Origin: Eledone cirrhosa
Lineage: Eukaryota
DNA: 64,000 nucleotides
Reading direction: 5' to 3'
Assembly (NCBI GenBank): GCA_964016885.1
Contig: OZ024740.1
Span: forward strand, 392,088,001 to 392,152,000
Under the pieces are notes generated by a model. That model saw only the letters and a list, made by a program, of their open reading frames with translations, was not told where the DNA came from and did no database searches. Shown here piece by piece: positions 48,612-62,941 of the stretch; within the stretch, counting starts at the first letter, position 1, and each line of letters starts with the position of its first letter. The position numbers and the translations under genes were made by a program.

Positions 48612-49019
48612 CATATGTCCTATTTCTCTGCTGTTGGTGACATGAGCTTGACAGTTGTTACAGTCCAATTCAGTTATTATTTGGAGTTACTGCCTTATAT
48701 AGGATGGAGGACCATGTCTTACTCTTACATTTTATTTTTAGCATGGTTTCTCTGGTTGCATGTTCTCCTAACACTTGCAACTTTACAGAATCAGTTGGGT
48801 GTGTTTTATTGTGACACCAGCTCTACAGATGCTGTCATGTTCTTGACAAAAGAAAAGAATCCTCTCTGTTCTATGTTGTCTCTGTAAAATTGCCAGCTAT
48901 TTTACAGAGTATTTTAAGAACTTTTAAGGTATGGTGCTAAATGCAGAGGCCTATGCATTGAAACTTTTGAAAGTAAATAAAATTACAAACAGAAACTGCT
49001 GGCTGAGAAACTGAGCATA

Positions 49020-49345
49020 AGGGAGAGTTTGGAATTACATGGTCAATTTGAAAGAGGAATGAAGGAAGTAGGACCTTCATAGAATTGGTTGACAAAAATT
49101 GATCTTAAGATAGACAGAAAATTTATTAATAGCTGCTCAAGATCAAGCACTAAACAAAAATGTGATAAGGAATATGTATAATCTAGATGAAACAAATAAG
49201 TGTAGATTATGTGAGAAGGAGGTGGAAAGTGTGATGCCCATCATAAGTGCTTATGACATGCTTGTGCAGAGGGAATATAAAAGACATCACGATAAAGTGT
49301 GCTTACACTCCCATTGGTTTTTATGCAAGAAATATGAGTGTGCAG
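49020..49345 (+). mobile_element. R4/Dong-like non-LTR retrotransposon remnant (CCHC region)
   Basis: ELHGQF...IAAQDQAL...KCRLCEKEVESVMPIISAY...EYKRHHDKV...HWFLCKKY. Confidence 0.75.
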
Positions 49346-49857
49346 GTAGTGCATTGGATTCTTGAGCAAGATGCTTCATTTCACATTACATTTCATTATA
49401 AAGCTAAGGCCCTATCATTAAAACACCTGAGAATCCTATGAGATGCTGCCATATCAGAAGTAAATCTTAATTTTTTTAGTACTTTACTTGTACATTATTT
49501 TATTGATTCCAGAAGGATAAAAGCTAATGGTTGCAGGATTTGCACTTAGAATGTAAAGAACCAGAATAAATACTTCAAAACCTTCATTTGGTGCTCTAAT
49601 GATTCTGCTAATCTACCACCCTAATTATAGTGAGGTTGATGATAATAATAAAATAATAATAATGAATATAAAAAGATTTGTTATTTTTCATTTTAAACAA
49701 AATTTATGCAATATGCAGTAAAAGAAGTATTTGCATTATTGATTCTAATTAACTCTATCCTATGAACTAGAATTTATTAACCCACAAAATGCACTGCTTT
49801 ATCCTTCCTCCAGATAGCTAATAAACATTTTACTATTATTGTTTTTCTTTATATATG

Positions 49858-49895
<38 letters not shown>

Positions 49896-51429
49896 GAAGG
49901 AGGTGTGGTAAGGAACCGGATGGACCATAACGCACCAGAGTACTCAATACTTAGGGTAGTAGAGTGGGTAATAGGAAAATGTTAGACCCCTGACGGCATA
50001 TATATATATATATAATGTACACACACTACTTTCCATTAAATGGATTTGTCTGTGTTGAAAAGGGATTGACAAGTGCAACAGTTCTTATGTTTAAAAAAGT
50101 AGAAGCACTTTGTATTTGAATTGTTTTTCTCTTTTATTTTAAATTCTTGCTTGTTTCCTCTGTTTATAAATTCTTTTGTTGTTTTTTTTCTTGACTTAGT
50201 CAGAGGGAGAAGGACAGTGTCGATGACCTTTTTCAAGTCATGGATACTAGTGGGAGGAAGTGAAGAAATTATCTTTAAACTGGATATAAGACTTTAATTC
50301 TTGTAACATAGTACATTACTAAAATCACCCAAAGCCAGGTAGGGCTGTTAAACTGAGTGACAAATTGACTACCACCCAAGTACAGGAATGTCTTAGTGGC
50401 AAATTATCAGAATGGTTAGAATATTGGATTAACTGTGATATTTATTCTGACTCTCCTGGCTATGAGTTCAACTCAAACCAAAGTCAACTTAAACTTTCAT
50501 CCTTATGGGGTTGCTAAATAAAATATCAGTCTGAAATGGTAGATTGGCCGAATTGTTAGAGCATTGGATGGGATGTTTTGAGGTATCTGTTCCAGCTCTT
50601 AATTCTGAGTTTAAATCCTGCTTCCTCTCACAGGAAAAATGGCACAATAGGAATACCATTAAAGCATCAAAGAAACTTTCTGTATGATGCAATCTTATAG
50701 AAAGCTAGCTAATTCTATGTATGTGTGAGCTGTAACAACAACAAAACAATGCCTTTCTGTCTGATTTCCATGCTGTTTCTGTCTACCAAATTCCACTCTG
50801 AAGTCACTCAAGGCTATGGTAGAAGTCACTTGTTTGATTATGGATTATTATTGCCCAGTTGGCTTCATTTGAGTTGTCATATCATTTTGGTTATGGTAGG
50901 ATTGAATGGTTAAGGATTTGATATTAAGTGTCCTGATACCTATTATAATATATTATAACTTTGCTTGAACAGTAAAGTTTTTTTATGCAAATATACTATG
51001 GTTGATTGCATTATGGTTGTTGTTCATTCTCTGCTTCAGTATATTTTTACCCTGTCTTAATGCATAATGATTTAGAAGGAAACATGTCCCCTCACATCAA
51101 TCAATAATCTATCAAAAGACAAGATGTTTATTGTTAATTTGATGTAATTAATGTGCCAGTTAATGAAATGAGGTGAAGCCCATCCATCATTATTATATTG
51201 TGTGTGTCTTGCTAATTAATGAATAAATGCAGGAATTTTCCTAACATTCTTAAAAGGGATGAGAATATATGTGAAGTTGCCTGTATATTCCTACAGTTAT
51301 TACAGTTATTGGTTGTAACACTGAAGTTAGACATAGCAGCTGTTAGATATGTCAGATATTTTAGCTTATGGATTGTTTATACACACTATATTTTGAGTAT
51401 CATTTAGAGGATATTCAGTAAGAATTTAA

Positions 51430-51651
51430 CCCTTTAATGTTCAAACTGGCCCAAACCGGCCAGAATTCTCTACCTCTTTCTGTTGAAACTGGCTGTAATT
51501 GGTTGCTCAAACTGATGTTAAGGTATTGTTCTCAAAATAAATACTTTCAAAATCTCATAGATTCGATATTATGTAAGATAATTATGCGAGGTAAAGCCTT
51601 TACCATGAAAATAGAATAGTATATATATAGAGTAATGTGAATACTAAAGGG
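51430..51651. mobile_element. piggyBac-like MITE (TTAA TSD, CCCTTTA TIR)
   Basis: TTAA|CCCTTTAATGTTCA...TGAATACTAAAGGG|TTAA; homologous to 56405-56608 and 62942-63148. Confidence 0.8.
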
Positions 51652-51655
51652 TTAA

Positions 51656-51830
51656 ACCTTGAGTTGCATCTCATCCAGGTTAATTCTATCTCTAACCAGT
51701 TGTGTTATAACTCTTTCAGTGACTTTCATCACCTGATCCATCAACCTGACACCTCTATAGTTTCCTCTATTTGGTGCATCTCCTTTACCCTTGTGGACCA
51801 CTATCATTACATGTGCATTTCTCCCCAACA
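51656..51830 (-). mobile_element. RTE RT fragment
   Basis: HKGKGDAPNRGNYRGVRLMDQVMKVTERVITQLVRDRINLDEMQ. Confidence 0.85.
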
Positions 51831-52077
51831 ATATCTTGATTTTCCCTAGCATGCTACCTTGCATTCTGGAATACCTTTGGTTCTTATAGCTTAGGGCACA
51901 TACCAAAAAGCAAGGAGAGAAGTTAGGCACCAGAAGTTTATATAACTCCTCACATCCCCTGTTCTTCCACTCCTATTTCTCAGCTTTAATTGTCCCCTAC
52001 TATCTTACTATTCCACCACCATGTTACCCTCAGTATGGCGATGTATGTATAAATGTATATAAGGAGACAGGAATAGG

Positions 52078-52114
<37 letters not shown>

Positions 52115-52170
52115 CAGCTAAAGAGAGAGATGGATTGATAGATATAGATTGACAGGCACACACATACATA

Positions 52171-52215
<45 letters not shown>

Positions 52216-54189
52216 ATATATTTGTGTGTTCATTATAAATGATATTGGGTGTATGTATGTGGGATGTGTTCAGAAAGTAAAAGGAAGGAAACAGAGGGAA
52301 TGAGAAAGGTAGTTGGCAAGAGTGAAAAATATTGCTAGAGAGGAAGATAGTATGCATGACAATGGAACGTAGTTATTACAAAGATAGGGGTGGAGAGAAA
52401 TAACAGATGCTGCTACAAAGAAAGTGAGAAAGAGGTGGTACATAGAGATAGATACACTGAATCAAGTGCTCTCACTAAGAAAACAATGTTATTTTATTTG
52501 TTTGTTACTTGTTTTTATGGTATGTCATAGTTGTGAATAAACTAAAAGTTTTGGGTAAGAAAAGAAAATAGTTTTGGCTCCATAATACATGATGACTCCA
52601 TAAATATAGTATTTATAAAATTGAATATTTTGTCGGTATAGTTTCATCAGTCATTTGATTTATCAATCTTAGTTCTATTTTGTGTTTCTTGTAAATTATG
52701 AATATTTTTTGTTATGAATATGTTCCATTTCATGGAATTCCAAACTAGTACTTGCGACACTTTTATGTATCTTGAAGTACATATTCTTATCACTTTCATA
52801 CTTATCTTGTTCAGGCAATCTATGTTAGAGCATACGTATAGTTATTCAGGCACGTGTGTGTGTCTGCACACACTCATACACACATGTACGTATATGTATT
52901 AACTCTTAACATCCTGCAATAATTTAGCAGAAAAAAAGGGCTTTGTTAATTCAAATGTTTACAGCATATTGTGAACATTTTCAGTACTAGAGTATAAAAA
53001 CTTTTAATGTGGTGCAGTTATTTTTTTGAAAATAATGTTGTATATGCAAGGTTGTAAATTAACTCTTAACATCCTGTAATGATTTAGCAGAAAATATTTA
53101 AAAACTGGTTTGTTATTTCAAATATTGATTGTATCATTACTTGTGGGCAGATTGTTGTGAAATATTGTGGTATTAGAATAAAAACTTTAGTTTTTAATGT
53201 GATTTAGTCATAGTGTTGTTTTGTGCATTTCAAGAATGTCTTGCTGATGAGGTTTTATGTGGTACAGAATGTTATGTGTTGATGAGTATTCAAATGTATG
53301 TTGATTGAAATTCTGTAACTGAATAGCAAAATACTCAAAGCTTTTATCTTATTCCAAGGTGTTCCTCTCCAGGATTTTTCTAGGCATCTGCAATGAACTT
53401 AAATCACCTATTTTCTCATTCATTCTAGTAACTTGAAACGCCTCACAGTTCTGATGTCCAATAGAGTGAGGCTGGTATTCAGGACATACTTCTTTGCCTA
53501 ACCTAGCATCAACCACTTTACAACATGTACTAGGTGTTTTATCATGTAGATTACCAGCACTAGGGAGTTTGTCATGTCCTTAACACAACTGAAGGGTCCT
53601 CTCAACCTATTTAGGCATAATTTCTACAGTGAGGTGCCCTTCCTGTTGCTGATCACCCTTACCAAGTGTATCTGGTAGTTTCAAGGCACCATCACTAGAG
53701 AGGTTGTTGGTTATAAATTCAACTGAAGAGCCATTCTGCTCTGGGGAGTGGATTGGTAGGGGTGGGAAATAGGTATAAAGTTATAGGTGTATGTGGTGAT
53801 TTGGCAGGGTGATGAGTAAGGGGGAGGGGTGGCTGACTAGTGTATGGGGCGAGGGGTGGCTGACTAGTGTATGGGGTGAGGGGATGTAGTTGTGTGAGGT
53901 ATGTGGTCAATAGAGTGCAGGGTGGCAGTGATGGAGAGATACGTCGGGGTGCAAGTGGGGGGATGCACAAGGTGTAGAGAATAGCTACTAGGATGCAATA
54001 GTGAAGATATCTAAGGACCTTTAGAGGGGGAGTGGCTAAGGAGTGGTTCTGTAGGGGGAATGAGTGGTGGGTGCAGTAGTGGTGAGGATAGTTGCTGGGA
54101 AGTGTTAGTGGAAGTGGTGGGGGTGACAGGGATGGGTCAAGTTACATTGTATGCTTGTGGTTGGGTCTTCATCATCATAGAAAAGCTCA

Positions 54190-54460
54190 AACCCATCCAA
54201 CCCTTTGTCATCTCAGTTGTGAGGCTTAGTTTCTTAAGGTCGCTCATCACAACCTCATCCTATGTCTTCCTGGGTTTGCCTTTTCCATGAGTTCTAGCCA
54301 CTGGGATTACTCTGCATTTCTTTATGCAGCTGCTATCCTCTATACACATCACATGTCCAAACCAGTGCAGTCTTTTACCTTACATATTACATCCAATTCC
54401 TCTTACACCAAGTCATGCACACTAACATTACACATCCATCAGAGCATACTGGCTTCATTT
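54190..54460 (-). mobile_element. Degenerate RTE C-terminal fragment
   Basis: Decayed RLHWFGHVM...GKPRKT.DEVV. Confidence 0.7.
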
Positions 54461-55514
54461 CAAGAATAATCTTGTTTTAAGTAGCTTTTAAAGCATAACA
54501 TGTAATTGAAAGACATTTTGATGCAAAACTGCAAATGTGCTAAATGCATTTGTTAATAAAATCCCATTTTTCATATATCAAGATGCATTACACACACACT
54601 CACTATCTCTCTCTTTTTTCTGTCTCTCCCTCTCGCATCTCTCTCTCTTTTCTGTGCAATTTCCATCTACCTTATTTTACTCATAAGACATTGGTTAACC
54701 TGAGGCTACATTGAAAAGACACATGCCCTAGGAGTTGTACATTGTGATTGAAAGCAAATGTTTTAACCACACATCTAAGCCTGCATTTTGTTTCTTTAAA
54801 TATCTATTTAATGACTGCTCAGAATCCAGTTAGTTCACATGTTTCTCAACATTGAAGATAATTAACAACAATCAAATGATGAGACAGTTAAATCTTTCAT
54901 TTTCTAATATAGGATGATTTCATTATTGTCATGGAAAATGGATATTTTACTTTCCCTCTACTTAATATTAGGTTCAGTATTGATTTATTTTGACTATCGA
55001 TAATTAAAAAATAAAATGGAGAGTTGGACACAGTTTATTACTGGCATTTTTTTATCAACTCTGCCTGAATGAAAAGGGAGTCAGCCCTGGTAGGATTTGA
55101 ACTTTTATAGTTTGCAATTTGCATAACAAAGTGCTATCCATCATTTACATTGATATATTACATTATATTTGCCATAAATAGAATAAGACTGAATTCAGCA
55201 ACAGGCCCTAATGGTTCCCTAAAAATTCACCAAAAAGCACAAAAATCATCTTACCATATCACTTTATTTGTAAATATAGAAAAATACATCAAGGGTTCTT
55301 TATTCTTTCTTCCTTCATATCATTCCATTAATCAGATTTTATTTTCCCTTCATTTACCATTTCATTAATGAGATGTTTTTTTTCCTTTTTCTTCACTTAA
55401 GATGATGGCTATTTTTGAGTGCAGTTGATCTTATATCGAAGTAATTTATAATCCTGGAGAAGAAATTGTCCCATTCCATAGAGCTTATTTCATGGTCCCT
55501 GTTTTGATGTGATA

Positions 55515-55844
55515 ATGGCTCTAGAACTGATAGTTTCTTTGTTCGTGGTTGCTGCAGTTATCATCTTTAGTTTGACATTGATCCTGTTGATATCAGCACT
55601 GTTATTGTTGCATTTTAATCGCAGATGTACTCACCACCACATGTTCAACCTCAGTGAAAATATACCAGAGTATTTGGAGACAAAATGCCAACCCACCTCA
55701 AATTCAGCCACAGGACTTTCTTCAGATTCTCTAAATCAAATTGATCACTTCTCTTGGATTGGGAGAGATATACCATGCTTCAAAATATCAGGGAAACAGG
55801 TGAATGTGCTCATGGAACCAACCCAATTCTTTGAGACCCTAAAA
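55515..55844 (+). CDS. PGS1: N-terminal coding exon of a PGS1-like gene (CDP-diacylglycerol--glycerol-3-phosphate 3-phosphatidyltransferase); later exons not found in the window
   Basis: HFSWIGRDIPCFKISGKQVNVLMEPTQFFETLK resembles the remembered human PGS1 segment FQWIRNLVPEFGVSSSHVRVLSSPAEFFELMK; strong phase-0 donor GTAAGT at 55845. The 5' boundary is uncertain (ATG 55515 or acceptor at 55624). Confidence 0.72.
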
Positions 55845-56404
55845 GTAAGTACATTTATATTTTATTTCTTTTAAGTTTTTGTGATGGAAATTTTGGTCAG
55901 TTTTGTGTTATTTTGATTGAATGAGCAAATAAGTGATTTAAGCCATGATATTTTAATTAAAATTACATCTTTAGTAGTGAAAACAAATCATTATCTAAAT
56001 GAATAATCCTGATCGAAAAAGGAAAAGAAAACTACTTTGAAATTTAAATAATTAAAATATAGAATGTAGTGTGTAATGAGTAAAACTGGTGTTACTAATC
56101 TTTCATCTGTTTATTGTATAGAATAAATAGTTTAGCCCAGGTTAGGTCTGATTGAGTACATCTATGATCAAAGGCATTCTAGCCAAGACTATCTCTCATA
56201 TTTTTCAGGTATAGTATATCCTGGACTACATAAGCAAATGTGTTCCTTTTTTTTTAAGATAGTAGTGTGTGATTTGAGGGAGAATTGATTTTTATTTTCA
56301 GCAAGTCAGGCAATCTTGTAGAGGCTCCCATGTGAGCTTGTGAGAGTTATGTTATTTTATTAGATGGTGATTGTGTAAAATGTATGCCACGAAGGTTTAT
56401 TTAA

Positions 56405-56608
56405 CCCTTTAGCATTTATTTACTCTATATATACTATTGTATTTATCTTACTTAGTTATCTCACGTAATATCGAATCTATGAGATTTTGATGTTATATAT
56501 TTTGTGAACAATACCTTAACATCAGTATGAGCGGCCAGTTACAGCCAGTTTGAAGAAAAAGAGGTGAGAGAATTCTGGCCTGATATGGCTGGTTTAAATG
56601 CTAAAAAG
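56405..56608. mobile_element. piggyBac-like MITE
   Basis: TTAA|CCCTTTAGCATTT...AAATGCTAAAAAG|TTAA. Confidence 0.75.
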
Positions 56609-57009
56609 TTAAATGGAGGTAGAGTACATGCTATGTAGATTGTGTTATGATATTTGGTGGCAATTGTGTAGAATATGTATTGCCACTCAATTGCAATGTA
56701 TTGTGCTACTTATCAGGAGCTGAAAACACCATAAATCTTTACTCTGAGTTTCCTGTTTCTGATTTTCAGTCACTAATGAAGATTGTCCAAAGTTCAGAAA
56801 TGAGAAACTTGGAGTAACAATTTGTAAATTGTTCATTTTCCAATTAATATACTATAAATAACTCAGCTTTCTGTATTGTGTATCCTCTTCTCCTCCTTGT
56901 TTACACTGTGTTCATCCACATAAATGCACACATACACATAGACACACACACAAACATGTACACATGTCCATAAATATATATATATATATATATATATATT
57001 TTATTTAGG

Positions 57010-57277
57010 CTGCGGACATCCAGTCCTAAATAAATGAGGTCGTGTAGGTGTCACGACAAAAAAACACACAGTCCACGCTGTAATGTGGCCGTGTAGGTAA
57101 CACGGTAAAAACCTCCCAGTCCACACTGTAAACGTGGTTGGTGTTAGGAAGAGCATCCAGCAATAGAAAACCCGCCAGACAGTCCTGAGCAAGACAACCA
57201 ATCTTGCCTCAAGTGGGACAATTCCCGTCCAGACCCATGCTAGCATGGAAGATGGACGTTAAACGATGATGATGATG
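57010..57277 (+). mobile_element. RTE 3' UTR fragment with (GAT)n tail
   Basis: Matches the reverse complement of 550-810. Confidence 0.9.
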
Positions 57278-59569
57278 GTATATATATATATATATATATA
57301 TATTGTGTAGCTCATTTTATCTTTGCATATATATCTATAGGAAGCCCAGTGCATAGCCTACCCTTCTTTCAGTTAAACTCAGCAGAATTTGAGGTCAGCA
57401 TTCCAACATGGGTGACTGAGTAGCTGGGCTTTAAAGGCATCAAACAGTGTGTGTAACATAAGAGAGTTTTACTAGTATGAAATTGCATTATAAATGGTAA
57501 CAACAATAACAATATGAAGTTCTCATCAGTTTTTTTCTTTTCATCTATTCTCTCTATTTTACTCTTTTATCAGTTTCACTCATTAGAATGTATCCATGCT
57601 GGAGTACTACCTTGAAGGGATTTATTTGATCATATCAGCACCAGTACTTATTTGTTTAAGTCTGGTATTTATTTCATCAATTTCTTTTTATCAGACTGCT
57701 ATGCTACAGGGCACAAACAAATATTAACATCACCACACAACAGGCTTCTATACAGTTTCCTTCTATCAAATTTCACTCACAAGGCATTTGTCAGTGTAAG
57801 GCTATAGTGGAAGATTCTTACCACATGTTTTGCACAGTGAGACTGAACCTGAAACCACATGACTGCAAAACAAACTCTTTAACCACATCTTTAAAGCTAA
57901 GTAGGTTATTGAAAGTTTAGTGTTGTTGCCAGGGACACATTGCAGTGATGCCAATGGAATGTGAGTTACTGACTCTTTGGCTAACCTCCTATTAAATCAG
58001 TTATCTGTGATTATCACCATGGAGCATAGCTCATATTGTTAAGCTTATTCTATTATCAATTTGAAGAGAAGTATTTTCCAAACTCTGAATTCCCCAATGA
58101 GAAACAAATCATACTTGTGTCAAATTTAACTCAAGTGTGGGAACTGTCCATTTCTCAGTACTTCATCAAGCCATCATCTATTTCTACTCTCACTTTTTCC
58201 AAAGACCATTGAAGCAAATAGCTATTTAATGATGTGGAATGTTTTCAGTTATATTTTGTAAATTCTTGGTAATTTTATTTTATTTTTTTGTGAGACTGGT
58301 GGTAAGGTTGTAACATATAGGCATATCTGTGTATATATATATATATATATACATACAGATATAAAGTATAAGAATTTTGTCCATCGTTTTCATTTTCTTG
58401 TTTTCAGAGCAATGTTACTCTCTGTTGGTAAATTTTATCATTTGTTTGCTTTTCTTCTGTTTTGGGGTCATATCCATTTTTTTTCTTTCTACTATTCTTC
58501 TAGTACCCCACCCCCTCTCTCTCTTACTATAGCTCACTCTTCCTCATTCTATCTCTATAAGAATATACTTCTTTTTTTTGTTGACTTTTGTCCTCTTTTA
58601 CTTTTGCTTATTTCCTTTTCTTATATCTAACCTATTTCAATTTAAGGTCACAGTTGGCTATTAAGAGGATAGGGTTGCAGTGACCTTTTGAGGGTACTCA
58701 TTTTTTGTCTATACTCATTACCTGGTTAACACTGTACCTTTCACAGTGGGTGTGGATGGTAAATATACCCTTTCAAAATTTAAATAGCTTAATATTTTTT
58801 AACTGTTACCATCAGATGTCATTTATTATTTGTTAAAATTTTTTTTTTTATTAAAGAGTAAGTGGGATGCCTCTTTGATGTCTTTGATAGGTCCTCCATA
58901 GACAAACACAATTATTTCGTTTTGTGCTGCATATCAAAAGCGAGAACGAATCCATTAACATAAGATGTTTCATAGCCCCCTCCCACATACATATGCATGT
59001 GTGTATGTGTGCGCGCTTAACTTCATTATCCTTCATTTAATGTGTTTTAGGTTGTCAAAGGTTGATACAAAGAAACTTTAACATTTTGGGACTTTTGGCT
59101 TTTCTCAAATAAAAAAAAAATGTATAAATGAATTCTTTTTATTTTGTATCTAAGGTACACCCACTCTACTATTCATGCTACATACTGTGTTGTTAAGCAA
59201 GTTATATTACTTTACTTGCCATACTTAAGTAAACAATCAAACTGCCTGATAAGTACTTGGTTAGTAGTATAAAGGACAGAAGTGGTGAAGCCTTTGACCA
59301 AATGTTTACCTGTATATAGTTTTATCATTTGGCATTCCAAGTTCAAATTGTATTGGGTTGACCATGCCTGTAATCTTTATGGGATTGTTGAAATAAGTAT
59401 AAGGCATATACTGGGATTAATGTCAAATATCTATATCATTCTCGTGTGGGACCAGTATTAAAAAAATCATTAATTGTGCATTTGCTAGTTCTAATAAACA
59501 GATTTCCATAAACCAGCCTAGCATGGAAACTAGATATCTATTTTGATTTCTCATTTCCTCCTCCTCCTT

Positions 59570-59880
59570 CAAGCTCATGGATGTTATCGAACCATCTTGC
59601 TTGGAGTCTACCTTTGCATCTCCTGTTAATTGGTATTTAGGAAGTAGCAATTCTACCTGTAGCAACTCTCTGATCTCTGAGCTACACACTCTATCAAGTA
59701 ACAATACTCCAAAAACCCTTTGGAAGAACTCCACTTCAGCTGCTTGTATTTGTAATTATATTCTTTTGGTCATTACTCAAGATTCATCACCATAGGTAAG
59801 GGTTGGTACAAATACTGAAATGAACATAGTGAGCTTGGCTTTTACATCTTCCTCCATTCTTCTGATGATTTATGTTGAAG
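59570..59880 (-). mobile_element. Expander/Rex3-like RTE C-terminal remnant
   Basis: SVFVPTLTYGDES.VMTKR..LQIQAAEVEFFQRVFGVLLLDRVCSSEIRELLQVELLL. Confidence 0.75.
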
Positions 59881-60419
59881 CTGACATATTACTGCACCAG
59901 CTTCTGTATTTCTTAATTCCTCTTCATGAATAATTCCTTGTAGTTGATTCTATCATTAAACATGTGTCAGAAGTGCAATACTGTATTGTAGCAAAATGTG
60001 AGCATTAAAAACAGAACCTCGATATAATCAAAATGGACAGGCAGAGGGTGGGTTTCATGAAAAATGCAAAAAGAGATTGCATGGGATTTGAACATCCTTT
60101 TGCTTTTTCTCCTGCCAGTTTGTGTACTGGCATTAAGAGTGATAAGCTGAAATACTCAGGGACTGGTTTAAGGTCTTTTCCAAGCCAATCACTTTTTTTT
60201 GCCAGGTTTTGAAAGACACATTTTTGTTGCAGCTTAGCAGTCAGTGGGTGAACGTCAGTGTACTATACTTGCAAAAATTGTAAAAGTTTACATCAGGATG
60301 GGGTACATACATTGCATGGGGTATCCAGCTATAGAAAAACTGCTTCAAAACGTCTCATCCAACCCACGACAGCTTGGAAAAGGGGACATAAACCTGAGTG
60401 ATGAGGATAATACATACAT

Positions 60420-61040
60420 ACATTATCATTGTTTAACGTTCATTTTCCATGATAGCATGGGTTAGACGAGTTACCCTCATACAGAACTGATTTTGGCTTG
60501 GTTTCTACGGCTGGATGCCCTTCCTAATGCCAACCTCAATTACAGTGTGTACTGGATGCTTTTTGTCATGATACCTACATGACCACTTTTCAGTGTGGAC
60601 TGGGCATTTTTTATTGTGACTCCTACATGACCACTTTACATTGTGGGCTGGGCACTTTTTGTCATGTCACCAACACAACAAATTTATAGTGTGGGCTGGG
60701 TACTTTTTGTTGTGACACCTACATGAGCACTTTATTGTGTGGACTGGACTCTTATTGTTGTGACTCCAGGATGGTTGCTTTATGGTGTGTATTGGGGTGT
60801 TGGGGGTGGGGTATGCATGGGGAATTGGGTTAAATATAGAGGTGGGTTGTACAATGTGGGAGGTGTATGGGAAGAGTGATGGGAGGGAAGGTGATGCATA
60901 CTAGATATATGCCTTAGCTCTTGCATATGGGAAGGCGAGTCTTCTGTATTACTGCACAGCGCCAAAGATCTTGGAATTGTTTCATCGCCTTTGAGAGGTG
61001 CAATTGTTCAAGGCCAGCTTTTATCACCTCATCCCAAGTC
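60420..61040 (-). mobile_element. Old RTE 3' end with ~5 tandem 48-bp UTR units
   Basis: TWDEVIKAGLEQLHLSKAM...LWRCAVIQKTRL; UTR units; tail. Confidence 0.85.
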
Positions 61041-61200
61041 ATATATACATACATATATATATATCATCATCATTATCATCATCATTTAATGTTTATTTTT
61101 CCAAGCTTGCATGGATAAAATTGGTATTCCATGTTACAATACTAGTCTGGCTAGTTAGCTGTGCCATACTTTGCTCAAACGGAATATATATATATATTAA

Positions 61201-61232
<32 letters not shown>

Positions 61233-61621
61233 ATATATATATATGTATGTATGTAAAAGGTAAACAGAAATAACAACACAATTGGTACAGTATATGGAAG
61301 GGATATATATATATATCACAAAGTGTAGATCGAAATAAATTATCTTGATTCTATAGATATATATTATATATATATATCATCATTTTTACATCTGCTCTTT
61401 CATACTTGCATGGGTTCAACAGGTTTTTTTTCCAACATTTCTTCCTTCCACGTACATTGTACTTCATCATCTCCTCTGTGAGTTTCAGCATTTTGTGATC
61501 TGCTTTTCACTTCTGCCCATGTTTTCTTTGGTTTTCCTCGACTGTAGCTTCCTTCCATTGAGAGCTCCTGAGATTTTTTCTATCAGCCCATCCCTGCTTC
61601 TCATGTATGTACACAGATACA

Positions 61622-61658
<37 letters not shown>

Positions 61659-62941
61659 CGGTGATGAATAGTAATTCAGGTTGAAAGTAGTTTAAGGAAA
61701 AATCAGAAGAAATTATAAATCAGACTTGAGTGAATTGAGCCTTACAGAAGAGAAAGTTTGAAGATATTTTATCTCAGACCGATCCTATTTTGAGCATTGG
61801 GGATCGGAAGGAAGTACATACCACATATGATCAACCACAAAATACTTGTGTTCACATATGGTCAAACCATTGATTCTAATAATTGTACTAGTGTATAGGT
61901 TAAATATTTTTCTTTCTTTTTTTCCCAATGATGAAAAAGCATTTTATATAGGGATTCAGACATTGTTGTTATTTAGCCCCTATCAATCCCAATTTAGCAA
62001 ACCTATAATTGAAGGCATTGTAGTCATCATCATATGTCTTGTTTTCAGTCAGTGTAACTCAGCCTACATTATTCAAGGTGTCCTTTTCTTAAAATGGTTG
62101 GGTGTATCCTTTTCTTAAGATGGTAGGTTGAATAGCTACATAGAATATCACTGGAAATGAAATGATTTTGTTCTAAATTGAAAATTTGGAGAATAGAATA
62201 GATTTGCTACAAGTATATTCTTACATCATGGATCCCCTTTCTCCATAAACTGCTGCTACCAGTTGTGGTTGTTGTTGTTGTTGTTGCCACTGTCATCATT
62301 GTGGCTCCTACATTGTTTTGAAATTTGAGAGTTTCAAATACAACACACATAGTAAACATAAAACATTGATTTATACTTTATGGGGGTGGGAGAAAAACAT
62401 GCCAGTTTCCTTCTGTCTTCATGTGTTAAATTCATAGCATAAAGATGCTGGAACTTGATCTTGTAAAGTAATTAATTAGGTGTGTTTTCAGAGAGCCCAA
62501 CTTCTTGTGTGCTAATTAGAATGGAAAAAGTTCCGTATTCCTTGTCTTTGCAAGAAACTAAACAATCACCAGTTTCACTGGAAAACCATAAAGCTAAGGC
62601 GTTAGCTATTGAATGACTGTGTTAACAATTCATTGTGTTATTCTTGTTATATTATATCTTTATATCTTTACCATCATAATCTACCTACCACCTTTTTATT
62701 TTTGTTTTAAGCTAGAATATTTCCTTGTATTCTGTGTTTATTTAACTTGTTCAGATCAGTACTTATGCCATCTTTGCCATTCTACACCCAACTTAATAAT
62801 ATGTGGATATCTAATCTTAAGCATTCATAAAAACAACTTTTATAAATATGTCTGTTTGTGGATGAGTGAGTAAAAGCATTTGCATATGAATGCTTTAATA
62901 GCTTTTATTAACTGCAATATGGAAAACGTCTCATTGGTTAA

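Noticed and set aside
52898-53200. Diverged ~160-bp direct repeat
   Set aside because: Ordinary old local duplication with no further structure.
56738-56818. Imperfect hairpin with CTAATGA...GAAA as a hammerhead
   Set aside because: Core and stems are too degenerate to support a call.
58409-58428. Possible micro-exon (TTTTCAG...GTAAAT) as the next PGS1 exon
   Set aside because: It does not encode the expected RxxxASLYLG segment, and the donor is weak.
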